Shown here piece by piece: positions 12,217 through 23,674 of a stretch of 64,000 bases of DNA. Each line of letters begins with the position of its first letter. Within the stretch, counting starts at the first letter, position 1. The position numbers were made by a program, and so were the translations under genes. Source of the DNA: Octopus bimaculoides (Eukaryota); NCBI RefSeq assembly GCF_001194135.2, contig NC_068998.1:51624981-51688980 (forward strand), written 5' to 3'. Below the pieces are notes generated by a model that had not been told where the DNA came from, searched no databases, and worked only from the letters and a program-made list of their open reading frames with translations.

Positions 12217-12265
12217 TTTTAAAAAATAAACTCAGCATGTCTTGAGCGAGTTCGTTTAGCCCCAT
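12217..12265 (-). CDS. Candidate first coding exon (MGLNELAQDMLSLFFK, phase 1)
   Basis: Consensus GTAAGT donor at 12216-12211 on the - strand, at the edge of a CpG-retaining region, with an in-frame ATG at 12265. Could instead be a non-coding 5' exon. Confidence 0.27.
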
Positions 12266-13751
12266 CCCCCATCGCTTTTATTTCCGTTTAAAGTCAGCCG
12301 AATAAACCCAGGATCCTTGACCTTCCGACTGCAACCGTACTCTCGTTTTGAGTGGTTTGCTAATACATTATATAATAGCTACTTCCCTTTTTTAGGACTC
12401 TAACACAAAAAGTTTCTTCACCGATGCACCACGAGGTATTTAGGTGTGCCTTGAATTTTTAAAAATAAAAAACTTAAACAGGATGACGAAATTCGATTTC
12501 ATTTTTAAAGTCTTATTCATATGTTTATTACATTTAAATGTGATTAATAAATTAGGATAACCGTTAATCTTCTAAACACCCCCCTCGCCTTTTTTTTTCT
12601 TCATCTTTCTTAATTTTCAACTTCCAAACTTTTCTCCTTTTTTTGAGAAAAAATACGTTATGTGATCTACGCCTGTATTTTTATTTAATCGATCGACATC
12701 CAGTAAGCTACTAAGTCAAACAGATTAAGAAGCATTAATATATGGCGCGATTTCAGTGGAATTTGATTGTTATTTCTAGCAGACATAACATCCACATGGA
12801 GGCTACTTGTTTTTTGCCTTTCGTTTTAAGCTTGTTGGTCATATAAGTACAGCCCGTTTTTTTTTAATATTCTTGTTGCTGTTTAGTGTCAGGAAAGGAA
12901 GAGGAAGGGCTGCATCTATGGAGGGTTTTATTATTATTATTATTATTATTATTAATGAGTGGAAAGGAGGAAGTTATACTCAAAACTAAAGCTCTGACCT
13001 GAATGCTTTGCATATAAACCAGGCTTCGTTAAGGACATATAAGGTGTGTCTTTTTGTGTAGTGGTTTTAAAGCGGACGATGAATTAAATCTACCGCCCAG
13101 GAAATCGGAGAGCAAAAAGCCATTATAGAGACACACACATTCAGTTTTCGTCTACCGTATTCACCCACAAGGCTTAAGGTCAGCTCGGCTCTATAGAAAA
13201 ATACATCTAACCAAGGTGCCACGCAGTAGGATTGAACCCGAAACCACGTAATTGCAAAGCGAATTTCATAGCCACACGTATCTCACCCGTCTCGAGAAAT
13301 GAACTCGGAGCGGAAATGTCCAGCAGACATTTTTGTTCCATGCTTTAACAATTCGGCCAATCTACCATCTTGGATTTATTGCTCACGAAAAAGAAAATTC
13401 AAGTTTGATCTTAGTAGGTTTTGAACTTAGAACGCGGGGGTTCGAAAGAAATACTACGTTACTCGTAACTAATCCATTTGGAAAACAAATAACTATATAA
13501 ATAAATGACAAATTTGACTAGAGCTGGGATTGAACTCAGAAACAAATATCGCAAGAAATCTCGTTCGACACTGCAACACCTCCGCCACATGTCTTTATGC
13601 TATTAGCTCCAAAAAAGAGGAAAGGTAAAAGTTGACCTCGACATAAATTTGAACTCTGAACGTAGATAACCGGAAAAGGTAATTGCAATGTATATTTGTG
13701 TTTTTGTTCGATACTCTAACATTTCTGCCAGTTCCTTTGACTATTCTAGAT

Positions 13752-13898
13752 AGGCATGAGCAAACTTTTTCGAGAAGTGGGCCGTATAGACATGGATCAT
13801 TATCAGGTGCGCCGCGCTATTAAAAAATGTTGTGTTCCTCCTTGAAATTAGGTCCGGCCTTCAGAAAGTCCCACAAGGCAGCAGTTTGCTAAAGACTG
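13752..13898. mobile_element. hAT (Charlie-like) MITE
   Basis: Ends (T)AGGCATGAGCAAACT and GCAGTTTGCTAAAGACTG are flanked by ttctagat / ttctagac, matching the nTCTAGAn target preference of Charlie-type hATs. Confidence 0.65.
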
Positions 13899-15034
13899 TT
13901 CTAGACCTAAGAGAACCGGAGACTTAAAATAGCCGCAGAGAAAAAAACTAAATAGTAATTTCAAAATTTACTTTGGACCCCAGAAGGTATGAAAATATGT
14001 CAAGTCAAACTTTCTTTTTGTTTTCCCATTGAAAATTAAATTTATAGAAAGACTAAACTCTTCGAGATACCCATTAGAATTGTTTGTGAAGTATTCAATT
14101 TCTAAGAACAAATAAACTGTAGGCACTACTGTACTTCGAAGGTTCCATCGTTTAAAATCTTATAGAATTCTAATTTTGCTTTTATGTGTTTATTTTTATT
14201 TATTAAATTTTAGTAATTAATATTAAGTTTGAATTTAAACATTAATTAATGTTTCAGATTAAATTTTAAAACAGATAATTGATGTTTATTCTAGGAGTAT
14301 AAATTAAAATTGCTCATATGTTTAGCAACGATGTTTAGTAATATTTTAGCAATATTTTAGAAATTGGTCTTTTATTTAATAAATAAAAAAAACGAGATTA
14401 TTTTTAAATAAAATAAATGGTTTACAGTGTGGGTCAGTTTCTTCTTTTACCAAACTTTATGCTAAATATTTTACAATTTTTATATGCAAATAAGACATTT
14501 ATGTATTTATTCATAAAGAATAATACTATTAACTAAAAAAAAAAAGGCGTCATTGAACGTGTTCCATATATAAAATCAGTTAAATTAGTTTAACCCCCAG
14601 GTGAACTCTGATCAAACAGACTTTATGATCAAAGATATTCAAGAGATGATGACTCTTTCATGCAGACATTGTATATATCACGTTAAAATAATATACAATG
14701 CATCCTTCCTCTTCCAAATCGTTTGTGTATGATTTGAAGCAGATTTTGGCTGCTATTTCGAGCCGGTTTTACGACCTTGTGCACGCTGCCAGTTTCATTT
14801 TCGTAATGTTGCCGACGTTTTGGCAAACACAGCTTTTAAATCATGATTCATAACTTTTCGTTGATACCTCTTAAATTTTTTCATTTAATTCTTTCAAAAT
14901 GTAACGTATTTAGTACAATTAAAAAAAAATCTAATACACACTCAGGATAATTATTCTTTATTCCTATATTGAAATAATCGTAATACTTAGAAACGCATTG
15001 CAGCATATCTGCAAAAGTTAATCTCTCCACGACA

Positions 15035-15360
15035 TTGTTTCCTTATAACTTTCGGAAAAATAGCTATTTTCTAATGAAATTTATTAAAAATACATTTCAG
15101 GTGTTGTAATTTCTTTTTTTGTAGATTACCATTATATAGGAATTAAATGTGGGGGGAAAAAATTGGTAGGTGCACTCACATACTTACACAACATATTCCA
15201 CAAAATAAATCTTGAAATAAAAGTATAATGTATGTATGAGCGCCAACCATTTCTTTTTCATGTTAAATTCCAATATAATCGTTATCTACAATATCTCAAA
15301 GGTGTTTGTAGAAAATTTCATTAAAATATAGCCATTTTTCTACAAGTTATGAGAAAACAA
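15035..15360. repeat. Diverged inverted repeat (about 60-bp arms), probable DNA transposon remnant
   Basis: ataactttcggaaaaatagctattttctaatgaaattt is mirrored by aaatttcattaaaatatagccatttttctacaagttat. Confidence 0.6.
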
Positions 15361-15798
15361 AGTCGGAGAGGCAGACTTGTGCAGGTAAACCACCTTTTTC
15401 TTTATTTCGTCATAAACATACCACAAAATAAACTTTTAACGAAGTTTTTATATTTCGTGGTTATTATATTTTTTGTCTGTTTCTAAATCGTTCGCAAAAT
15501 TATGTTTAATATTCCTATAACATGAATTACTGTAGTTGGCAGTTAAAACTGCTTTTGCTCAGGTGTCCATAAAAAAACAACCCACACGCATGAAGTGTTT
15601 TTCTAACTTTGCTGAGAACCATGAACCGGAACCATGTGGTTACGACTCGGCCACGCCGGTTTTAGATTCGTTCTTCCCGCTAATTTTTGGTACACTGCTT
15701 GTGTTGTTTTTATTCATTTTTATTTTAATCGATAATAACCGACTGTTTCAAGGAATCTTAAAAGAGGTGTTAACATAAAAAAAAAATGCTTTGTGAAA

Positions 15799-16165
15799 TT
15801 GTGTGGTAAGTAGCTTGCTAACCAACCACATGGTTCTGGGTTCAGTCCTACTGCGTGGCACCTTGGGCAAGTGTCTTCTACTATAGCCTCGGGCCGACCA
15901 AAGCCTTGTGAATGGATTTGATAGACGGAAACTGAAAGCCCGTCGTATATATATATGTATATGTATGTGTGTGTATATGTTTGTGTGTCTGTGTTTGTCC
16001 CCCCCCCCACCATCGCTTGACAACCGATGCTGGTATGCTTACGGCCCCGTAACTTAGCAGTTCGGCAAAAAGAGACCGATAGAATAAGTACTAGGCTTAC
16101 AAAGAATAAGTCCTGGGGTCGATTTGCTCGACTAAAGGCGGTGCTCCAGCATGGCCGCAGTCAAA
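15799..16165 (+). mobile_element. tRNA-derived SINE (family 2), near full length and CpG-intact
   Basis: gtgtggtaagtagcttgc...gggttcagtcc head, gacggaaactgaaag core, central (TA/TG)n and ccagcatggccgcagtc tail. Confidence 0.88.
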
Positions 16166-16459
16166 TATATTTCACATCGTTAGCAGACGACACAGCGATT
16201 AGCAGACGACAAGATGTAAGGGAAGTAACTCTTGTTGTACTCGAGCTAAAATGTCGCAAGGCGAAGCTGACGAAATCTCCACGCGGTCGCTTCGCTTTAG
16301 AAATAGCAGCTATATATCACTGAAAGAAATATTTATTACCTTAAAAAAATGAAGGACACATTAGATAATCCTTTCTATTACAGGCACAAGGCCTGAAATT
16401 ACGTGAGGCGGGTGTTTCTCGATTACATCGACGACAACTTTCGGTACTATTCAAGAAGA

Positions 16460-16566
16460 GTGGTCCCGGTGCGCGCTCTCGCGAACTCGCGCATCCTAAA
16501 ACTACCTAGCGCGAGTGCGCGTCATGCACAAAAGATGTATCAGGGTTTTTTCTAAACGAAGTAAAT
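16460..16566 (+). promoter_or_regulatory. GC/CpG cluster, candidate promoter or first exon of the gene containing the 23123 exon
   Basis: Dense CGCG motifs (TCTCGCGA 16477-84), a possible GAA|GTAAAT donor at 16561, and CpG depletion starting just downstream. Confidence 0.3.
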
Positions 16567-19519
16567 AATTTTTTTTAAACAAAATAAATAAATTATACAC
16601 TACCCATCTTTAGTAAAGTGTCCATTAAAAAGTCTGTCTTTCAAAATCTACATTTGTTCAATGGTATCAGTACCAGTAATTATCTTTTGCGTAACCCCTA
16701 CCATCCCGGTTTCCATATATATTCTGTCTTCCTTATTTTATTCACAAGGAACAGGTCAGCATAAAGCTATAGAACATGATACTTGCCTCTGGAATTGAAC
16801 CCTAGACTTCTGGTTTCAATGCAAATTTCTTAACCATTCAAGTATCCTGTTCCTACTTAAGCCCATGTATAATCATCATCATCATCATTATCATCATTAT
16901 TTTAACGTCTGCTTTTCCACTCCTGCATGGGTCAGATTGAATTCGTTAAGTTAGATTTTTTTTTCTTTCTTGATAAAAGCCTGCTCTGTCACAAACCCTC
17001 AACTATTTCGAAGCAAGGTAGTAGTCTACCGATGGCCGGACATGTTCTCACGGAAGATTGGAAATGAAGGACACTGCTTATATGACAGTGACACTTGTTT
17101 ACAGCCATCACACAGTCACAGGACACAAACATGCTTACACACAAACACACAAGGAACATCTTTCGCTTTCTGCTTACAAAAGCCTCAGGACTTTGGTCAG
17201 CCCCAGGCTATAACAGAGACAATTACCCAAGGTGCCATGTTGTGGGACGCAACCTAAAACCACATGATTACAATGTGAACTTTTTAACCGTACATTTAGT
17301 ACATGTATACTATTATTACTAAAATGATCTAATGAAAGCAACTCATTAGAGCTGAAGGTAAGTTATTCTTTTAAGATTGTTCTAATTAATTACAATTAAT
17401 TATTTGTATGACGTGTGCTGAGAGAGGGTTGCCTCCAGTATTTGCGATCATCAGTTTAACCTCCACTTTTCCATACTTGCATGGGTTGGACAGAACTTGT
17501 TGAGGCAGATTTTTTTTTACAGAAGGATGCTCTTCCTGTTGCCAACCTTCACCTATTTCCAAGTAAGTTAATATTTCCATAACACCAGACATGTTTCCAT
17601 AGAATATTGGAAACAAGGACCTCACTTGCTTTATAGAGCCACTTGTTACATCAATCCTGTAAGGAAACTAACACAAACATGTACTGCAATAGCTTGGGAT
17701 TAAAGGGCCTACAGCTATTCAACTCCTTGCCAAAACATCCGCAGTAGGATTGAACTTGGAACCATGTGGTGAGGAAGCAAACTTCTTACCACACAGTCAT
17801 GTGTGCACCATCATATATACATATATGATAGGCTTCTTTCAATCTTTACCTACTAAATCCACTCACAGGGCTTTGGTCAGCCCGAGACTATAGTAGAAGA
17901 CACTTGCCCTAGGTGTCACACAGTGAGACTGAACCAAGAACCATGTGGTTGGTAAGCAAGCTCCCCTCCCACACAGCCATACCTGTACATCTGGATTTTT
18001 ATTGAAGATTGGAGAAATTTGAACTTAATTTTATATTGTTTAGTGCACTATTATTTATATTGGGAAAGGTATGACTACCAACACATCTCGTAAATTTTAT
18101 TGCCATGTTTCTGATTAGTTTTTGTTGGTTAAACGTGGTCCATGGGTTCAATTCTCACACAGGATTAAACAGGTGTTGTTCATTAAAAATGTAGTCACAG
18201 AAAGATAAAATCCTGAAAATTATAAACCTTACCCCTTACTTCATTCTATCTAACATCTAAATCATCATAATTATCATCACCCACCCACCACAGACAACAG
18301 CCCATCTTTAAAAAATCTGATTTATGCCTTTAAACATTTTAATGTTGCACTTTTATTACCTCCCTTGTTAAATTCAGTTTTACATTGTCTAATCTCCCTT
18401 GTTTCAAATCATTGATGTTCTCCCTGTAGTTTCTACTACAATATTTTACAGTCAAGCCAACAGGGAAGTCCCCACAGGATCACTTGAAATCCTAGAAATA
18501 CCAGCTAAATCTATGTCCCTTACCCTACTATCCTAACCCTGTCTTAAGCATTTGAATTATCATAGGCCAAAATATTTTAGCTGTTTCATATTCAAATGGC
18601 CAGATCTGACTTCTCACACCTACTCTACGATGTCATTCTAAAAATAAACAATGAGTCAAAATTTCCAAGCTCTAAGGTAATGCATAATTGCTTTAAAACA
18701 GTGTGAATAAAGAAGTATTACATTTGACAGAGTATGAATGATAAAGGGTTCAACAAGACGTTAGTCTTGAAAACTCTATAGCTGTCACTCACAAGCAAGT
18801 GTGACCTGGTAGCATCTACCATGTTTCTGCCAATTGTTTTAACTGTTTGTGTGGTTGTAAGCTGACATAGATACCCTCTCAGCGTTCTCTTTCTGAGCCA
18901 GCAAAACTTTGAGGATGTAACTACTGGGAAGAGAGAATGAGAGAGTATGAGAAAGAAACTTTTAGCTAAAGATAGTTTGAATTAGATGTGAGGTGAGATG
19001 AGAAAGTTTGTTGGGGTGAGCGGGATTGAGAAGGGGAGAAAGAAAGGGGGAGAGAGAGAAAGAGAGAGCTTGTCTAGCACTCAGCTGGTGAAGCCATCTT
19101 TCCTTCCTCATTTCAGTTGTGTAGACTAGAACAACATGAACCAAAGTGTCTTGCTCAAGGACTCAACTCTCCACCTGGTGTGTGTGCCCTCATCTCGACA
19201 TTACTTGCCCTTTGTAAACAAGAGTCACCGTCATACAAACAATGTTATTTTTTTCTAATCTTTGAGAATTGTATCAGATCTTGGGGAAATGTTACCTAAC
19301 TTGGAAACAAATGAGGAAGGGCAACTGTATGTAGAAAATTTGCCACAATAAATTCTGTTTGACTCATTGGAAAGTAGACATTAAAACAATGACAACAGCA
19401 ACGATGATGGTGATGATTTTTCTTCAGCAATCAAGGTCAGCAATTTAATTTATCCAAACAAGTTGCTACATATCCTGCAGCTTGAGTGATAATATGTAAT
19501 ATATCTAAAAGTATGTTTT

Positions 19520-19830
19520 AGGTGCTAAATTTATAAATTGCTCCTAAGTGGTCTATAGATCTCTACTTTGCATTTTTCCTTTTCTTTCTTTCTTTTATAA
19601 GTCCTTTACATTAAGTGGGCTACTATCATCCATAAGATTCCATGGTTTTCTTTAATGTTCTCAAACAGCAATATCAGGTCAGTTGTGTTTTAATATTGTT
19701 GCTGTTTCTACTTTTCGGTTCCATTAATATTCCTTGCATCCATTAGTCCCAATATGTTCACCTGTAATTAGTTCGTGTGAGTTTCCTTTTCTTACTTTTT
19801 CCTCTATCACTCTTCTAACCTCATCACGCC
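19520..19830 (-). mobile_element. Degenerate fragment of an RLE-type (R4/NeSL-like) non-LTR retrotransposon endonuclease region
   Basis: - strand reads WNRKVETATILKHN*PDIAV, resembling the HNRPDIV motif of restriction-like endonucleases; multiple stops. Confidence 0.55.
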
Positions 19831-20919
19831 TTATTTATTATAGGATGATAGAACTGTTTTCTTACAATTGACATTGATGAGGAGAATGTCTTCGTTTCTA
19901 GTTCCACGTGTATAGCCTACATATATTAACACCTGTGTATATAAAAGAGACCACTAAAGGACGACTGTAAATGTGCTAGAAAAAGATCACTTAAAAAATT
20001 CTCAAAGAAAGATTCAGTGGAGCAAAAACAGGCGAGTGAGACTAGTGAAAATTATAAATACCTCGGTTCTCTGTAGACCATAGTTTCAAAATCAACACTT
20101 TCTAACGAAAGTATCTGTTTATCATCAGTACAGACGGCCAACATGATTATAATCGAACAGAATCTCGTGCTACATTAATACCTGTTACTTTTTGTATGGT
20201 TTGTATTTTGGGGGATTTCTTGTTTCTGCGCTGCATCGAGGTAACTTTTAAGGTGAGATGTTAAAAAAGCTTGTTGCTATTATATATGAAGGTTTTAGTG
20301 TGGTTTGTTCCCTCTCGGGTCTCCATTTACCCTCTCCTCAGTGATATGGTCTATTTTTTTGTTTTTGTTATTAAGCAAGATCTTTCTCATCTGCTCCTTG
20401 GAGTGTGGTAGGTATCAATCATTTGATTGCCTTTATACTAGCATCAGTGAGGCGAATCTATTATTGAGGTATTGTTTTACTGTCAGGTGCTCTTCCTGTC
20501 ACTAATCTTTTTTTCCAAATAAGGGATCACTTATTTCATATATCTTCAAAAGTGCAAAGTGAGTAGACAGTTTGTTGACAGGGGAATTAAAAACAACACT
20601 ACTTCTTGCAAGCAACTTTTGTCAAGTGTGTCTGCTTTTGTTTGTTGTAAACGAACACAGGCACATACGTGTAACAAACAAACACAGGCACATACATGCA
20701 ACAGACAAACAAACAAAACAAAACAATGAGCAGCATTGAGTCACCTTCTCTACCAAATTCATTCTTATGGATTTGGTTGATTAGGGCAACAATAGGAGAC
20801 TTTTGCCCAATGTGCTATGGAGCAGGGGCTCCTCAATCACTTGGCTTATGGGTTTATACAAAACCATGGGAAGTAAACTCCCTAATCGCACACCCATGCC
20901 TTTGCTCATATGCACTCAA

Positions 20920-20948
<29 letters not shown>

Positions 20949-20950
<2 letters not shown>

Positions 20951-21473
20951 AGGTATGTCTCAAAAAGTATTGAACCTGGTGCTATAAAAAGAAATTTGGC
21001 ATTTAGTCTCCTTTTGAAGTAGTCTGGTTGTGAAACCACACACTTTATCCAACATCATTTTCTATCAATTAAAGCATTCCTCGAACTCCCTTTTTGGGAT
21101 TGTAAGTAGCTGCCTTGTCGCTTTCCCTTGAATTTCCTTGACACCTTGAAACCTTGTTTCTCTCCAGTAGGATTCTTTTCAAGCTTGGGTTTCAGTGTCA
21201 TAGCCACAGACCTGCGATTCGTCACTTGTTATGACGGTTTTCATTGTCACAATCGGGATCCTGCACAACTGACACCTAATCTTTTTGCGTTGACCACACT
21301 CTACAGACTTAACGTCTAAGCACTGCTCCAAGTAACAGAAGTGAGCAAGAACATGATACCTTAGTGTGCATACGCAACAGAGTTCAAGGACAATCTGTGC
21401 CAAACTGCTTCACTCTGTGTACTTTAACTTTGTTACCATAGCAGCAGTCTCAGTACTTTTTGATCCAACCTCA
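20949..21473 (-). mobile_element. Internally deleted mariner element
   Basis: TA flanks; related TIRs CAAGGTATGTCTCAAAAAGTATTGA and TGAGGTTGGATCAAAAAGTACTGA; residual transposase C-terminus EFEECF...WIKCVVSQPDYF on the - strand. Confidence 0.8.
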
Positions 21474-21965
21474 TATATATGTGTGTATATATTTCTACGC
21501 AGATTCTTGAGCTGTCTTAATGATGATTTCCTTTTTAATTGTAAACATGACTCTATGTCACTACAGATATAAGACTGCAGTTAATTTCCTTGCTTGGAAA
21601 ACAATTTGTTTACACCTCTATTGATGTTGAAATTTCCAGTAACACTGATCAGCTTCCAAATCCACCAAGTTAAGCATTTGTATTGATCAGCTTGGAAAGC
21701 TATATGTAAGACCCTTCCTAACGCCAACCACTCAGAGTGCAGTGGGTGCTTTTTACGTGCCACCGGCACAAGGGCCAGTCCAGCGATCTCTAATATTCTG
21801 CCAAAATGTATCTGGCCATTGGGCAGTATTACTTTGGATTGAAATAGGTGACAGTGGCAAGAGGAAGGACATCTGGCCATAGAAAATTTGTTTTGGTAAA
21901 ATTCATCTGCCTTGTGCAAGCATGGAAACATGGACAATAACATGGTGTGTGTGAGTGTGTATATA

Positions 21966-22098
21966 TATCTTTTATTTGTTTCAGTCGTCATTAGACTGCA
22001 ACCTTGCTGGGGCACTACGTTGGAAATAAATACCCTTGTATCAGCTGGGAACTGAACCTGAGCTGCCCATGTGGAAGACAAGCATTCTAACACTGAGG
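21966..22098 (-). pseudogene. tRNA-Gly(TCC)-like pseudogene head (22098-22037) joined to the family-2 SINE tail
   Basis: TCAGTGTTAGAATGCTTGTCTTCCACATGGGCAGCTCAGGTTCAGTTCCCAGCTGATACA is colinear with eukaryotic tRNA-Gly, differing largely by transitions. The 5' acceptor strand is missing. Confidence 0.6.
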
Positions 22099-22099
22099 C

Positions 22100-22430
22100 A
22101 CACACACACACACATATACATAGTGCACATAAAAAGCACCATCGGAATGTGGCCAATGCCAGTACCTACTGACTGGCTCCAATGCTGGTGGCACATAAAA
22201 AGCACATGATCGATGCTGGGCCTGCCTGAATGGCTCCTGTGCCAGTGACACGTAAAAAACACCCTCTACACTCTCGGAGTGGTTGGCATTAGGAGGGGCA
22301 CCCAGCTGTAGAAACATTGCCAGATCAGATTGGAGCCTGGTGCAGCCACTGGCTCTCCAGACCTCAGTCAAACTGTCCAACCCATGCCAGCATGGAAAAC
22401 GGACGTTAATCGATGATGACGATGATGATG
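22100..22430 (+). mobile_element. 3' non-coding end of an RTE-type LINE (or derived SINE) with (GAT)n tail
   Basis: Same 3' sequence (ccaacccatgccagcatggaaa...gatgatg) as the tail of the RTE fragment at 35.8 kb. Confidence 0.75.
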
Positions 22431-23122
22431 ACATACACACACACACACACACCCACATTGGGCTTCCTTTTTCAGTTTCCATTTACTAAATCCACTTAAA
22501 ATGCTTTTGGTTCATTTGGGAGCTATAGTAGAAGACATATGCCCAGTGGACCTTGCAGTGGGATTGAACATGAAACCATACAGTGGGGAATCAATGTTTT
22601 CCCAACCACACACTGCAGTGCCTGCACCCATACAAAAAAACTGTCTTGAGGATTATCAGAGAAAATTCATTATTTATATGGAATCCATTTAGTTGCAGAA
22701 ATCTCAGAGAAACTCTCACCAAGTTATTTCACATAATAATAATAATAATTTTGCGTAACTTTTAAAATGAATGTTTTCTACAGTTATTAATTTTTAACAC
22801 AAGCATAAGATCTTATATATTGTTTAAAGGGTTAGGTGACTTTGATTGACCACAATGCTTGATTAATATTCTATTTTGTTGACCTTCCAGAAAATGAAAG
22901 GTGGGGAAGTCATCTCCAGCGGCATTTGAACGCAGAATGTAAAGACCTGCAGTGAAATGTCACAAGGCATTTAGCTGACATTTCTTTTTCTGCAACATTG
23001 AACAAAAGTTAACATTGGAAATTCCCATTACTACTGTTTCCATTTTTATTTTATTATGACATTCATTGATTTATTTCGCAATTTAAGCGTTCACTGACAT
23101 TCTTTTTTATTCTATTTTCCAG

Positions 23123-23299
23123 AGTTACTATAGCCTGGTGGCTCTAGTTTACACAGCTAAGGATTACAATGGCTGAAGCCCTGAGTAATAGTTTTGCTGG
23201 AGGGTGTAGCGATGTCCCATCAGCAGGAACTTCTGATGTGGAAGATGAACTCCCAGATTTGTTTTCACATTTTACAATAAGAAAACAAACATCCTACAG
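23123..23299 (+). CDS. Exon with 46-nt 5' UTR and start codon at 23169: MAEALSNSFAGGCSDVPSAGTSDVEDELPDLFSHFTIRKQTSY(R/S), phase 2
   Basis: Strong ttctattttccag acceptor, ACAATGG Kozak context, open frame and CAG|gttagt donor. Protein not recognised. Confidence 0.65.
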
Positions 23300-23360
23300 G
23301 TTAGTTTACATTTTCAAAACTATATTCTGCTAACATGCATAGATATATATATATACATAT

Positions 23361-23393
<33 letters not shown>

Positions 23394-23400
<7 letters not shown>

Positions 23401-23547
23401 CAAGGTTTTTAACTTTTAAATTCGTATATTTAAAAGAAATAGAAACTTCAAACTCGATATATCCAAGATCGATCTTGGATATATCGAGTTTGAAGTTTCT
23501 ATTTCTTTTAAATATACGAATTTAAAAGTTAAAAACCTTGAAATATA
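23394..23547. repeat. Perfect 154-bp palindrome with no spacer
   Basis: Checked block by block: 23394-23470 is the exact reverse complement of 23471-23547. It lies between two (TA)n tracts. Confidence 0.95.
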
Positions 23548-23642
23548 AATATAAACTGTGAGAACGACCCTTAAGGAATCTAATTAATGATCCCCTAAGG
23601 TAAGTTCTTATGATATATTGGTAACGGTTGCAACATCCTCTG

Positions 23643-23674
<32 letters not shown>

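Noticed and set aside
16250-16300. CTGACGA inside a 10-bp hairpin
   Set aside because: No stem II-GAAA follows, and the segment matches the common ...tagaaatagcagc repeat family.
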